Positions 33,696 to 53,138 of a DNA stretch of 64,000 nucleotides are shown one piece after another. The number at the start of each line of letters is the position of its first letter. Position 1 is the first letter of the stretch. The stretch lies in assembly GCF_009914755.1 (NCBI RefSeq), contig NC_060934.1, one strand, 5' to 3'. Made by a program: the position numbers and the translations under genes. This DNA comes from the human T2T-CHM13v2.0 reference genome, Homo sapiens. The notes beneath the pieces are model-generated. The model had not been told where the DNA came from and did not search any database. It was given only the letters and a program-made list of their open reading frames with translations.

Positions 33696-34684
33696 TCAGA
33701 GCAGTTCACTCACATTCTTCTGCTCAAAGGCTTCTAAGAAACAATAACTCCTTTGCAATAAAGGAAAACTGAGTTTGGAGATGTTTACCAGGTAATGACC
33801 TTAACTTTTCTGAGGTACCTAGGAAATAGTTAAATGTACCAGGATGGTACATAAATAGAGACAATAATTATGAGACTTTTAGATAGAAGGTCCAAACTCT
33901 CTTATTTATGATATTTTTTTATATTAGGTGATACATGAATTTTAATGAATCTGCTCTTGCACAATGTAAATGGGATGCTTTATAGAAGTGCCATTTTAAT
34001 GAAGTTTCAAAAGATAGAATATATGTGAAGGTACTTGCAAACTATAGCTATCCTAAATTTAAGAATCAACCCAAAGATCATAAACAAAAATAAGTAACAG
34101 CATTCATGGAAAACTGTCTCAGTGTTTTAATCCACATATTTGGTAAAGCTTTAAAATGAAAAAGAAGAAAGTTAATTTGCACATTACAAATTCAAAAGAT
34201 GATAGAGAATTAACACTGAATAAAACAATAAATAGGAAATCTATATGATTAATAAATAAAACACCTTACCTTTTATGTAGGTTTGTCAAGATCATTCTTC
34301 TCCAGAAACTTAAAAAGAATAGTGGTTGCGTCCTTGCTGTTAGAAAATGGTGTTTCTTTCATTGTCTGTGGATTTAAACATAGGCTTAACGGTGCCCACC
34401 TTCCTCGTGCTGCACTGACCATCCCACTCCTGGGTCTTGTGTTGGCTGCTGAGTAGCAGCCATGTGTAGAGTTGGTGGTGATTCTTGAAGTTTGAATTTC
34501 TGCCTCTCTTCCTGCCAGGGTACCCAAAATTTTACTCAGAACTAGCTCAACTTTTCTCATAGTTTCTTCTATAGCATGGCAGCAGCTGCTGTTATTTCCT
34601 ACTATTCTGGAATACTAATATGCCTTGGCAGTATAGTGAAACAAAAATTAATCTAAAAAATAAGCATGTTAAAAGACTAGATGA

Positions 34685-34996
<312 letters not shown>

Positions 34997-36459
34997 TCAT
35001 GTGTCAGCTGGAATCTAGAGGACTCTGGCCCTTTGGGGCTATTCTTGAACCACATTCTAGAGGTTATTAGAACTACAGTTCAAGGATAGCCAGAGAAGGG
35101 CTGGAATGACCTGGAAAGGTTCAGTGCAAATTGTTACATGCATATGACTTTCCAAGCACATAATAGATGGCTGTAAACAGAAAGGAAAGAAGGATTAGTT
35201 ATTTTATTCATAGCTTAGAATTTAGCTGTAGTAACATGTTAAGCTGCACGGAGGGGAAGAAGGATCACTACTATGTTGGATCTCAAAAAACTCCGAAAGG
35301 TGGAAATGGTTCTGGACAAAGCAAGGAATGGTATCAAGGATGAATTCTCTTAACCCAGAGTACATTTCTTTTTAGAGAGAGTGACCCATTTGTCTAACTT
35401 TGCAAAACAGACGAATTACTTGAACCTTTGCCATTGATGTGCACATCCAGTGAGGGACAATTCATCTTCTTAGAAAAACTGACACACATTGCTTCATCCT
35501 CATTTTTTAGAGGCTCCATAGACAACTACAAATGTGCAAAAGTTGGGAGTACATCTTTTTCACAAAGAAATCTTCAATTCTGCCCTGTAGGGTTTTTTCC
35601 ACAACCATCTCCTGTGATCTTTCAAATTGGTTCATTAAAGATCTGGGTGTTCTGAAGTAATTCTTTGGTGTGGTCTGTACCATTTGTGGTCAGTCTTATT
35701 TGTGGTTTATATTTGGCCAGAGCATCCACGACCTCAAAAGCCTTTTCCAGATCTCTGTGTAGGTTTTGGCAACTTCTTTGTACTCTGAATAAAAAAATAC
35801 TGCCCTGATGCCACATCCCATGAAAGTTGCAAATTCTTCTTTAACTGTAAGAGCTGTTTCTTACCATGTTCTACCCAGTCTTCCTCCTGGTTTCAAACTG
35901 TTCGTAATATTTTGGTCTAACCTTTGTTTGGAGGCTTTAGGGTTTCTTGTTGTTGTCTTTTTGTTTCATTTTATTTTGTTTTCCTGGTTTGAAATGCAGA
36001 TTATTTCTCTAGCTTTTTACATTGACTTTTTATTCATAGGAGAAATATATGTGTGCACATCTACCCACACAGATACTGTTTTAGTTTCACTGGGACATTT
36101 GCCCAAAGGCAGAAGACAGATTGCTGTTGCAGAGTTGTAGATTATTATTATATTTAGCAAGATAGCCAGCTAAATCCTAACTTACTCCACTGGGTGACTC
36201 CCTGGGATGTTATTTTCTCTATCTCTGAAGTTATTTGAGCAAGGAAAGCATTTCTTTTATGCTGTCTATATTCTGTTTTATTTGGTTCATATATTTCCTT
36301 GGATTCTTTATGCATATTTTATGGCACTGACTTTCAAGAATAAAGATGTAGTTGAGAGGCATGTCAGAGTCGATGGTTTGTTGTTAATTGATAGTTTGAT
36401 TGATTAATATAGTAGGATTTTTCTGCTTGATCCTGACCTAACCCATTGGCTTTCTTTAG

Positions 36460-36648
<189 letters not shown>

Positions 36649-37445
36649 TGAAGTACTTTATTTACTTTCATGATCCAGGAAGCTGATGGCCGTTACAGGA
36701 AACAGTAAAATATAAAACTTTATTTAACCTGCATTGTTGTTTTTATCAATAGATAATGGGCTTTCTATTTATATTTACATAGGTTAGAACATCTTCCTCA
36801 AGTGAAAAATGTACTGCTGCTCAGTGATTGTACTCTAGGAAATTGAGACTAGATCTCTCGGCAGCAGGCCTCATGCACAAAGCCATTACCCTGAATGAAC
36901 CGACAGAATTACATTCCATTTTGTGGTGCTCATGCTCATTAGCACCAAAAGAGGCAATTATTTGTGATTAAAGCTAAAGGAAGTATTATTTGAAAGGATT
37001 TTCAGCTCTCTGAAATTTTGCCTATAATCTTGTACAGTACAAAGCAGAAAAGGTATATTTCCATTTAGAAAAATAATTTTCTAGGCAGCTTATCCTGGGC
37101 CTTGCTAGTAGAAATAACTCTTACCTTATTTTGTTAATTTCCCTTTTCTATTATGGAAATTAATACAGTGTTTGTATCTAGAGGTTTCCCAAGAAATATT
37201 TATCTTATATGCACTCATATCTTCTGAACCTTCTCAGTTAAAACCGGCATAATATATAAAAGTATGCACATGGATAATGTTTTTAAAAATGGTAGTTTTT
37301 TTTTTCCTCCTTGTTTATATTATACTGGATGTGTAAATGTTGTGTTAGGGGTACATTTGGAGAATCAATTCAAAATATCTAGATAACATGATGACCAGAT
37401 AACCCATGATAATAGTCATTTCTCGTCATGTAAAAATCTGTCACT

Positions 37446-37790
<345 letters not shown>

Positions 37791-38329
37791 TTACCAGATT
37801 GCAGTTTATCTGATTATTAACTGAAAGGAGGAAAATTTAGGACTTTGCACAATCTTCATCAGCTACATCAGATGCAAAAACCACAATGTAAATGCGCTTA
37901 CAGAAAACCATGAAGAAATATAGTGAATCTAAATCTATATTGTTAGGTATTAAAAGATTAAGGTCTGATTAAAGTGTAAAATAACTGAATAGCAGTTTTG
38001 GACTGATTTATATGATTTATTGACATTGAAGAATATGATTCTTTTAAAAGAAGAATTTTGATTATTTTTCTCTTTTTAGATAATATTTTTAGTTATTTAT
38101 TAATTACCCTAGTCTTATCTATACTTTCCTGACCTAATTATCCATGAAACCAGTAATCCCAAGGAGGGCCACCTTACCAAATGCAGTGTACCATTTTTAT
38201 TTTTATAGAGTCCTAGCTGTAATCATTTCTGAGGGCAAAACCATTTATCTTGTTCTCTAGTTTTGTGTGGCTACCATTCATAAGTAGTTCATAAATATAG
38301 TTTCTGGTATGCATAGCAGCCATTCAAGC

Positions 38330-38760
38330 CTTAAATGTTTGGTCATATCTATATGCCTACAGAATAAGGCAAACTCCTTAGCTCAATATTTAACGTCTTC
38401 CAACATCTAGTTCCAGCCTGTCCTTTAGGCTTTTTCATCTACTAATCTCCTTTTTCTCAAATAGTCTGAGCATGGTCCTATACCTCTATTTTTTTGTCTA
38501 TTCAGTCCCTTCCTTGAAATGATCACCTCGTCCTTTCCTAGACTCCGTCTGTTCAAAATCCTGCCCATTGTTAAGAGCCAGCTCAAGAATCTCTGCTTTT
38601 TGATCCCACCTCCTGGAATTTTATCTCATACCTTTATTTTATCTTATACCATATTCTATATGGTATCACACTTACACTCTGTTCACCCTTTTATGATAAT
38701 TATTGATGGAGGTTTCATACTTCCAACTTCTCTGTATCCACTAGGACAGTTTCCTTTATA
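38330..38760 (+). mobile_element. L2 fragment
   Basis: gcctacagaataaggcaaactccttagct...ttaagagccagctcaag. Confidence 0.5.
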
Positions 38761-39835
38761 ATAATATGTATTAGATGATATAAATTAAATTTTATTGATA
38801 TAAACTAAATTTCCAAATTGATATATGGTTGCTGTCCACAATCATTGTCTACCTAAAATTAAAAAGGAACTGGTACTTACTAGGTAAAAGTTCAAGCTCT
38901 AAATTCAGTAGTATCTTATTTGTACAGCATGATCTGGCACTAAGGCCTTCTACATAAGAGAACAATCTGGGTAACAAATACATTATCTTCAAATGCTATG
39001 TCTTTTTTTTAACCATTTTAGTGAAAACTGTTACTAGAAACTACCTTGTATTATTAAACTACAGAACACATTGAAACCTTTTCTCAGTGGCTCCAGGCCA
39101 CCATGATGAATGCTGTCCACCAGGATGTGAGCAGGCAAAGTAGTGCTGAGGGTGTGGTTTTTTTCTTTTCTCTTTCCTGTACACCTAGCATTGCCCCTAC
39201 TGGAGTGAGTTAAGAAGTGCAGTGAAAGATTTGAATAAAGTTGAAGAGACTGGTGTTATTCCCTCAGAGAAGGGGAAACTAGGGGAAGAATTTTATAGCA
39301 CTCAAAGAAAATGGGAACTGGTGTAAACCCAATAGAAATTCAGTTTAAAACCAAAAGAATTTCTTGGCTATAAAAGTTTTAAGGAAGATAGAGTAGGCTG
39401 CTGAAGAAATTAATAGCACCTTCTCTTGGAAGTTACTTAAAGTAATAGTAGATAAATATCTTTCCAAAATGATTGAAATCCAGCCTTTGAAGGTAGGGAT
39501 GAGTCACATGACCTCTCATGATCATTTTTGATCTCATAATTTGGAGCCCAGGATAGAAAGCTAACTAGGGTTACAGGTTTTCTAAAATCTGCTCTGGTTT
39601 TTTAAAGGACTTTTTAATGGTTAAATTTATTTTATTTCTATTTGGTAAATGAGCCTGGGGCCTTTTGGTCAGGGATGTATTTTCAGTAAGTCAAATGAGG
39701 TTGTAAATCAGGTAGATCTTTATAATTGCCAGTTTAGTAAGCTGAAACACGATACGAGCAGGGAGAAAGATATAGCCGCCCACTTGCACACTTGATCACA
39801 GACATGGGTGGAATGTGATGCACTGTGTGTATATA

Positions 39836-40178
39836 CATGCTCCTAGACTTACAGTGGGGCTGTGGGCTGATAAACCCATCATAAAGTGAAAATATCATAA
39901 ATTAAAAATACATTTAATACACCTAATCTACCAACCATCATAGCTTAGCCTGGACTTTAAATGTGCTCAGAACACTTACATTACCCTACAGTTGGGCAGA
40001 ATCATCCAACACAAAGCCAATTCTATAATAAAGTGTTGAATATCTCATGTAAGAGTGTTGTACCACATATCGCTAGCCCAGGAAACGATCAAGTATGGTT
40101 TTTACTGATCATACCATAGTAAAGTTGAACCAAGTTGTAAGTTGTAAGTTGAACCAGTTGTAAGCCAAGGACTGTCTG
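39836..40178 (+). mobile_element. MER47-type TcMar-Tigger MITE
   Basis: atgctcctagacttac...gataaacccatc...catcatagcttagcct...gtgctcagaacacttacatt...ggactgtctg, followed by TA. Confidence 0.82.
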
Positions 40179-40789
40179 TATAAAGAACTGCAAATGCAGG
40201 GCTTTGAACACTGTTCTTCAGGGCAGCAGAGTGAGGTGGAATGGTCATCCATGGGACCATGTGCTGCTTGCAGAGTAAGTCATTTGTATATCACTTCCTA
40301 GACCAGCTTCTCTGGGATTTGTCAGAGCAAGGCTCCCCAGGAGGCCATTTGCAGAGTTTGGCCAGAGTGAGTAAAGGGCACCAACTCCCAATCTGGTTAT
40401 AAACTCCCTAGTGGGTTTTATGACTCTTTGCCCACAATTGGAATGGGTGGAGGAGAGAGTGACTATCGTGGATTGGTTGAGAACGCATTCCTTCCTCTTG
40501 GATTCTAGGATTCCCTTTCTCAGTCAGAAAATTTGAAAGTCTTCCCCATCTCTGTCTGTAAAGTCTTTCTATCTCTCTCTCCCTCCGTCCCCACCAGACA
40601 TCTCAGAACTTCAGAGAACTCCCTTGCCCACAAAACATTTGCAGTTCCTACTTCAGAGCCTCACACCGTCAAGGCAAGGAGCTCTTCTTCTCCCAGCCAC
40701 TGCTGAGCACTGGGGGCCCAGAGTGCTCCCTCCCAAGCCCTGGACTGCTTCTGCTGCTGGGGCTGCCCAGCAATGCCTTATCCATCTCA

Positions 40790-43345
<2,556 letters not shown>

Positions 43346-44019
43346 GATACTTAGGTAGCAGTTATTGTATATTAGATATCCTTTCAGTTGTTAGGACTCT
43401 GTTTGGCTAGGTAATAAGTGAGCAGATAATGAATTGTCTTTTACTCGGGCCTGCAGAGCCAGAACCCTGGCTGATGGGCAGGATACAAAACCCGTTCTCC
43501 TGGGCTCTGACCCAGGAGAGACCGAGGGAACACCAACTGATTCAGCAGTAGGTGAGAGAACCAAGTGCCAGATGGTGGTGAGGGAGGTGGCACCATCACT
43601 CACATGTGTGTTTGTGTATATGCATTTATCTGATGCCAAACTGGAGGATAAAGGAAGATGCGAAGAGTCATGTCCTTCATTTTTTACCTCTTTACTTTAA
43701 CCTTATTGATTGGGATACCACACTCTACATTCTGCTAAACATCAGCAACCAAAAGGGAAGAAGACATAGCTCTTGCTGGGCTGTCAAGTTCACTGACAAA
43801 TCAACAAATGTTGCATAGTATTTTGGACAGTATGCCTTGAGAGCTCATAAGAAGTTGAAATGAAAACATTCTAGGCAGAGGGGAGCAGCATATTCACAAG
43901 CATGACTGCGTGAGGAAGCATGTTACATACCTGGGTAACTACAGCAGAAACTCCAGGTAGATTAAAGACTTGATTACCAAAAAACAGACACACAGAAACA
44001 CTTAAAAAGCTAGAGGAGA

Positions 44020-44346
<327 letters not shown>

Positions 44347-44613
44347 TTATCTGATCTTTGGATGGTCAAGGACATCATAACCATCAAAGCAATGAAAGAA
44401 TATGCAGATAGACTTGACTATATAAAAATATAGAACTTCTATCTAGTAAAAAGTATTAATATTTAAAGCAAACATAATGAGAAAGATGTTTGATGTTTAC
44501 AACATATGTGCTAGGCAAAGTTTAATATCTATAGTGTTTAAATAAATATATATATACTTTTAAGTTTGGTAGCATTAAAACAAAAACCCTAATAGAGAAA
44601 TGGGCAGAGGATC

Positions 44614-44800
44614 AGCTATGGTGGCTCATACCTGTAATCCCAGCACTCTGGCAGGCCGAGACAGGAGACTCACTTGAGCCCAGGAGTTCAACACCAGCCT
44701 GGGCAACACAAGGAGACCATCTCTCTCTCTTTCTCTCTCTCTCTCTCCCCCTGTTCTCCCCACCCCCCCATTCCCCTCCTTCTCTCGTCTCTCAATAAAT
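44614..44800 (+). mobile_element. FLAM / Alu left monomer with a (CT)n-containing tail
   Basis: gtggctcatacctgtaatccc...cttgagcccaggagttc; flanking aaatgggcagagga / aaataggcagagga. Confidence 0.8.
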
Positions 44801-45352
44801 ACATAAACAAATAGGCAGAGGACAGGAACACAGAATGTACAGAAAAGGAAAATCACTGGTGGCCACGACATTGCTGACATTTACTGAGTGAGTAACATGT
44901 GCCAACCCCTTTCCTAAGAGTCCTGCATTTATTGATTGATTCATTCAGTCCTCACGGCAACAGTTGAGATATGTGCTTTTAGCCCCATTCTATGGGTGTT
45001 GAAATTGAGGCACAGTTACACAAATAAGTTGCACAGCTGCAAATTGAACCCAAGCACTTTAACTGTTAGCCACTCCACTCCGAAGTCTCTTAGGTATAAT
45101 GGCTAATTCAAATATGAAAAAAAAATTGTTGGTGGTTTAAAAATGCAAATTTAGTAACTGCAAGATTACAATTTTTTGCCTACCACACTAACAAAGAGTT
45201 TACAACTTACCCAAATCTAACTAAGCTGGTGGAAAATGGACACCTTATTTACACTGAAGAAAGTGTATATTGGTAGGCATTTTCTGGAACTTTGACAGTG
45301 TGTATCAAAAACATCTAATGGTTTTTTTTTTTAATAAAATTTTATGTATTTA

Positions 45353-45781
<429 letters not shown>

Positions 45782-46174
45782 TCCAATGGTTATTTTCTAA
45801 AGGAATTCATTCTAGGGAAATCAGCATATTTTAATCAACAAACATTATTTTCATAGTTAATATAGCAACATTATTTTGTTTCATATTATTATGTTTTAAA
45901 TAGTGGACTTCTCTTTTTGCCTCCCTCCCCCAGCCCCTGATTATAGCAATATGGACTCATAGTAGAAAGTTAAAAAAAAAGGTGTAATTAATAGAAGAAA
46001 ATGTCACCCAGAGAGTTAATGTTTTGGTATATTTGTCCTTCACACTCATTATTTACAACAGGTAAAAAACTAAAACAGACTTGATATTTCAAAGGCAAGA
46101 GAGAACCATTCCCACGAGAAAGTTATGGCACATCCATATAATGGAATATTATTAGCTGCTGAGAATTATGTTCT

Positions 46175-46468
46175 GACCAGGTGCAGTGGCTCATGCCTGT
46201 AATCTTTGGGAGACTGAGGCAGGAGGATCACATGAGCCCAGGAGTTCGAGGCCAGCCTGGGCAACATAGTAAGACCCCATCTCTACAAAAATAAATAAAT
46301 GAAATTAGCTGGGCCTGGTAGCTTGTGACTGTAATTCCAGTTACTCAGGAGGCTGAGTCCTCCATTAAGGATGGCTTGATCCCAGGAGGTCAAGGCTTCA
46401 GTGAACTATGATTGCACCACTGCACTCCAACCTGGGCAATAGAACCAGACCCTGTTTCTTAAAAAAAA
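46175..46468 (+). mobile_element. AluJ-like element
   Basis: gagcccaggagttcgag; gaggtcaaggct-cagtgaactatgattg. Confidence 0.88.
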
Positions 46469-47134
46469 TTATCTGGGAATTTGTAATGCTTGTGATAAGC
46501 AAGTGGCTTTCAAAATTATATATGTAATATGTTCTCAATTATGTAAAAAATATGCAAAGCAAAACAAATACATTTCTAGATGACCTCTGGAATTAGAATT
46601 ACAGATACTTTTTATTTTCTTATTTATACTTTTTGCTGTAACTAAAAAGAAAAGAGGCCAGAGTCAATGGAGGCCTGACAGTGAGGATGCATGGAAAAGA
46701 GGCAGGTCCTGTTCGTTCCGTAGCAGGAGCATGCCTGGTGCAGAGTGGTGCTCAGAAAATACTGGTATTTATTGAATGCATAACTGAGCTTGGAGAGATA
46801 GTGAGCGCAGCTTTATGTAGCTTTCACTGTGCGTTTGGATGTCTACGTGCACTTTGCACAGACTCCAGAGCTCAGCAGGGGGTCTGCATTAGAGGGAGCA
46901 GCTGGGAGTCGTGGACATGCGGTGGTAGCTGAAACCATGGATGTGGGTGAGGGCAACCAGGGGGAAGTGTATAGGGAAACAGGGCTGAGGGTGGAGTGCT
47001 TGGAGTGTTAACATCTAAGGGACTAATAAAGAATGAGGAGCTCGCCAAGGAAATTTGCAAAGGGCCCAGAAGTCAGAAGAAAATTGGGAGATAATGGTGT
47101 TAGGAAAACCAGAAGAGGTCAGTATTTCAACAGT

Positions 47135-47320
47135 AACAGTCACAATAATCATCATAGCTGCCACTTCTAGAGCCCTTGCTATGTGTCAGGCACTGTTACC
47201 GGAATTACACACATTTACTCACTTAGTCCTCACGGAGACCCTATGGGGTAGGTTACTGTGACCATCTCTCTTCTGGGACGAGACACTAAGAGACTTGTCT
47301 AAGATCATCCCCCAGAGATT
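47135..47320. mobile_element. MIR fragment
   Basis: tatgtgtcaggcactgtt...ctcacttagtcctcac...gacttgtctaagatca. Confidence 0.55.
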
Positions 47321-47423
47321 CAGTGCCCCAGAGAGAAAGTCATAAGAAGTATTCTTTGGACAACTGTATATTAAGTGCGATTAAAAGTAGATTCAAAAAG
47401 CTTTTGACTGTTTTATTCTGTTT

Positions 47424-47750
<327 letters not shown>

Positions 47751-49983
47751 GCTTGACTGTCAAGGGCTGGGGACACAGGAACCTAGTTGTCTTTATTTTT
47801 AAGCTGGAGAGCCTGGAGCATGTGTATGTACATCAGTAGGGAAAAGAAAGAGCAGCGCTGATGGAAAAAATCGAGGGGAAAACAAAAAGCAACATCCAGG
47901 CAGGTGGTTTATTACAAAGTCTGATCTGGCATTTGATGAAATTCAACATTCTCTCCTAACTAAAATACTTAAACCTACTAACTAGAACTATAAGGGTTCT
48001 AAATCTCAGATTAACTTTTTCTTTTTTATCGGGGGCAGACGGACGTGTAACTAACGCTATAAAGGGTAAAGGACAGCTGGATCCAAGTCTACAGACTTAC
48101 GTCTATAGTTTTTAGAGACCAGATAAACTTGCCATTAATATTAATTAATGGCAAGTTCGTCAGTTAAGTTAAATATCAGTTAATTGTACATTCAGGCATT
48201 TCTAAAATTAGTATGTTTGTGGAATAATCATAAAAATGTGTCAGCAGTTTCAATTTTTGGCTTTCTTTATTCAGTATTAAAATATTGGGCAGTCCTTCAT
48301 GGAACAAGGCTGTAACTATAGGAAGCAGAAGTGATTGAATGAATTAGGCATTCACTTCGGGGAATTCCCTTTGCTGGCTCTTCATATGTTGAGGGTTTCA
48401 CCTTAGCTTTTGTGAGGTCCGTGTGCTATTTAAAAACTGAGTCTATAATTAATCAGCGCTGCTAGAAGATGGTGCAAATGGCCCAGTTTTGTGCCTCCAG
48501 GTTATGAATTTGGCTCTTGTCTTCAGTGTGGTTTGCAGCGTCCTTCTACATGTCCCCTTTTTTAGAAATGATACTCCCCTCCACCCCTGCCCCCCACACA
48601 CATATACAGCCAACCGGATTTAAGGAAAGCAGGAACTACAATAAACTTTTGAGGAAAGATGCTTTAGGGTATGATTTAGTACCTTAGTTCCTTTCTCACT
48701 TGAGTATTAATCAGTGTGGTTTTCTGCACCGTCGTTCTTTCCTCCTCTGGTTTAATGACAGAGATTTCTTCTTTAGGTGCCACAACCACCCACGTCCGTA
48801 GAGATCCCCGGGCTTGTTTCTCCTTTAGCCTCTGAATAGTTCTTGGCTGATTTCTTGAGGAAGCACCGCATTGGAAGAGAAAAGCATCTTCTCTTTGGTT
48901 TCCTGCTCCCTGCTTCTCTGCCCTTTTAAGTCCATAAAGCGAATTAGGAAGAAAGCCACATACTTCATTTCTACCCAGGGGGGTATCATGTCAGGAGGCT
49001 AATCATATCCACTCTCTCAGAGAGAAAGCTGCTTCTTCCCAGAATCTTAGATGCAAGCTACTGGTTTAAATGTTGTATTATATGATGGCTAAATACAGAA
49101 GTACGTGTCATAGTAGTTCAGGTTGCCAGCTACTACTAGTTTTCACAGTCTGCCTTCAGTGGGCTATTTTGTTTAAAAGAGCTTCCACTTACAAGCTTTT
49201 CAAAATACAATTTAAGTGAAACTTAAGAGTGTTTTTAAGTAGAGACTAAGTGGTTTCATCCTACCTGAAAATTGCCTTCTTGAAATAAATGTTTGATACC
49301 CACTGGCCTATCTCCTCTGGAAAACAGGAGTTTTCATTTAGAAGTCCAGTTGGTTGGATTCCAGTAAGCCGTTTCACCTGACTGTATTACGCCCCCTGGA
49401 ACCAGGGCTGTGCAGGAGCCACCGGCTTCTCCCAGAGGGCAGGGTGAGCACAGTATCAGGGCACATGGCTTACCCTCAGGAGCTGCATCCCAGCCTCAAG
49501 GCCCTGGTGAGAAACTGTGCTCTCCAGCAAGGGTCTCTGGCCGTCTCTGCACCGTGTGGTCAGCTTAGGGCTGTGCCTCCCAAGACAGGACCTGAGGATG
49601 GGTATGGGTAGCAGAGATATTGCTCCCTTTGCTCCTGGGTGTCCAGAGCTCCAGTGCCTGTCACCTCACCTCTAGCAGCCTCAGGAGCTGTGTAAATTCT
49701 GTCATATACATGATGAGGGAGATCATGAAGCACTCACTTGAATCATAAAGTCTGTCTGGGGGAGGCTGCAGAGTAAATATTCCACTTTCCCCACTTACAG
49801 GCCCCACAAACAAGCCTCAGAAATGTGTTTGGAGGGACCATGACAGCATCTCTTAGGGACTTGTGTTATTTAGTTTTCTCTCTCTCTCTCTTTTTAGTGG
49901 CACTAACCAAAAAAAAAAAACAACAACAAACTAGGCTAAGCAAGTGCAGAGTCATTTATAAACTTGCATAGGTCTTTTATATA

Positions 49984-50339
49984 CAGTCATTTATCATTTA
50001 AAAACTGAGATTCATTTTGAGAAATGCACCATTAGGCAACTTCATTGTCGTGTGAACATCATAGTGTATGTACTTAGACAGACCTAAGTCGAAGTCTATA
50101 GGTTACTACACACCTAGGCTATGTGGCATAGCTGATTGCTCCTAGGTGACCAACCTGGACAGCAGTTACTGTACTGGATACCGTAGGTGTTAGTGGTTGT
50201 AACATAATGGTATTTTTGTATCTAAACATATCTAAATATAGAAAAGGTACAGTAAAAATATGCTGTTATAATCTTATGGGACTACCATTGAATATGTGGT
50301 CCATCGTTGACCTAAACATCATTATGTGGTGCATGACTG
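49984..50339 (-). mobile_element. Tigger3a (MER7A) MITE, near full length
   Basis: Terminal cagtcat...atgactg with TA flanks; ctacacacctaggctat; tctaaacatatctaaatatagaaaaggtacagtaaaaata. Confidence 0.87.
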
Positions 50340-52239
50340 TATTTATTGTTGATTGCCCATGTCTTTCACCAAAAGTAAGCTTCATGAGAGTGTGGACTTT
50401 GCTCTTTGCTGCATTCTGATCTTCTAGAAGAGCCTGGCGCTTAGTAGGTTCTTATTAATTGTTGAACAAATGTTAAATTAATTATGACGGGAAGAACTTT
50501 TAAAATGTGCTTTCCCTTCTAGTGTGTGATTCTTAGGGACAATTTTATTTTATTAGAACATAAACCATCAGCACTGGTTTACTTACTTCCAAATGATGCT
50601 AGGTATGCCCTGTCTTCTTTCGAGGTCTGGTACTTTTGCTGAAATGCAGCCTCTATCTTAAGATCATTTCAGTTGCATCAGAAAGAAGATGTCACTGCCT
50701 GCTCTAAACCTTGGGCGGAGAAAGCAGAGCTGTGACATAATCCACATTTGTACATAGCAGGTTGAAGAGACACTTAAATCTTTTGCTTACTTTTTCTCTT
50801 ATCAGATAATTCATTTCTTGATTGCATTTATTTTTGAAAGGAAAATACCAGCTTTAGCCATAAGAAGCTGTCAAGAAAGCTTCTCTTTGCTTAGCCTTCC
50901 CAGCAGCTACGCTCCTGGGTGAGTGCAGTCAAGGCAATCATTAAAGAATAATAAGTTATGCTTTTGAAATGGTGCTCAAGTACTTCATAGCCTTTTCTAA
51001 GATAAGGAGCCTCCCACCTTTGCCCCCATGACACTTGTTGGAAAATACTGGACCAGCAGCTATATCCTTGGGCTTTTGCTGGGTTTTGGAAGACACATTT
51101 TGACCTATGTAATCAAGTATAATGATGACATTTATTTTAATAGGATTCTAGTCTGTAATATAATAAGGAAAATGGCTATTTTTCCTTATTTTCTCATTAT
51201 AATATGTTACACTAAAAGCTTCTGCCATTACTGTTTTATTATATTGGTCTGAGGTACAATATATTTTAATATGCTAAAGATAACATCAAGGTTGAAAATT
51301 GAGCTCTCAGTGATTTATTCAGAGGTTGACTGTTGCTGAATGCATTGAAATGAGTTGCATGAGACAGTGCGGCTAACGATTTATTTGTGTATCTTTTTTT
51401 AAGCTAAGCTTGTCATAAATAAGAGCAAATAAATAGCTCTTATAGAATAGTTTGTATTCATTGCCTCAATGAAAACATTGTAAATATGAAACATACGGTC
51501 TGCAGTCTCTCTCATTTTTTCTGAAAGCTAGTGTTTTGCCTTACATAGCTCAGAATTTTTTCAAGTTTTGGCATGCAGGTGGTTGGTTTTTTTTTTTTAC
51601 CAAACAAATTTTTTGTCTGTTTGGATTTCTAACGTTGACTGGCATTTGCATTGAGTTATTTTGAAATCCACTACTGGACAAATTCCATTCAAATAATTGG
51701 TATGAGAATAACCTAATCTTCAGCAGAACTGGAACAAAATGAAACCTTAGTGGGACCATCAAGAGGGCAGGAACTTGGTCATTGCTAAACTCCAAGCCAT
51801 GAGCACAGTGCCTAGCACATAGAGGATACAGAATAAAGGATTGTTGGGGGAAATCAATGAATGCCTGAGTCTAGTTAATCCACTTCTTTGTATGACTGTC
51901 AACACCTGCCAGATGCATCCAGCTAGCTTTTGACCAGTAGTGCTTAAACTCAGATCTCCTCTCAGTCTTTGTTTTTTACACTTTATTTATCCCTTCATCC
52001 CATCCTTCAGCAAACATGCTTTAAATACACTGTGCCAGGGATGGTCTAGGTGATGAGGACATAAGGATGAATGATTTAGTCCTTGCCCATAGGGAAGTAG
52101 AGGGTCAGACACAAAATTCTTCCCAGTCCTGCAATTTCAAATTTCAGAGAGGCTGTGGCAGTGCAGAGGAGGAAATGCTTCCAACTCTATTTTCCATTTA
52201 CCCAGTTAAGATATATAGAAGAGACGCATTTTTCCTTGC

Positions 52240-52543
52240 TTTTCTTTTTAAAGACTGGGTCTCACTCTGTCACCCAGGCTGGAGTACAGTGGCGTGATCA
52301 TAGCTCACTGCAGCATTGAATTCCTGAGCTAAAGTGATCCTCCCATGTCAGCCTCCCAAGTAGCTGGGATTACAGGCACATGCCACCATTCCTGGCCATT
52401 TTTCAGGGGGAGGGGTGGGGGGTCAGCTAGAGACAGGCTCTTGCTTTGTTGCCCAGGCTGGTTTCCAACTCCTGGCTTCAAGTTATGCTCCTGCCTCGGC
52501 CTCCCAAGGCACTGGGATTACAGGTGTGAGCCACTATGCCCTG
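52240..52543 (-). mobile_element. AluJ-like element, antisense, G-rich linker
   Basis: gatcatagctcactgcagc; gatcctcccatgtcagcc. Confidence 0.88.
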
Positions 52544-52727
52544 AGCTGTTGTTAAAACAAGATCAAGAAAGATTTTGCTCTGCTTGGTTGAAATTAGTGC
52601 TATACCTCATTTGGGTTTCAAGAGAACTATTCCCCCTTGAACATATATTCCAGCTTGTAATAGAGACATTATGTTTGAGATAGAATATTCTAAGATAAAA
52701 GTTTGCTTCCACTTACCCCTCTCATGA

Positions 52728-53138
<411 letters not shown>

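Noticed and set aside
40120-40165. Repeated aagttgtaag/ttgaacca units resembling a small direct-repeat array
   Set aside because: Subterminal repeats of the MER47 element; no spacer structure
48455-48485. CTCF/YY1-like word ctagaagatggtgc
   Set aside because: Several mismatches at core positions; cannot be supported without a PWM scan or ChIP data
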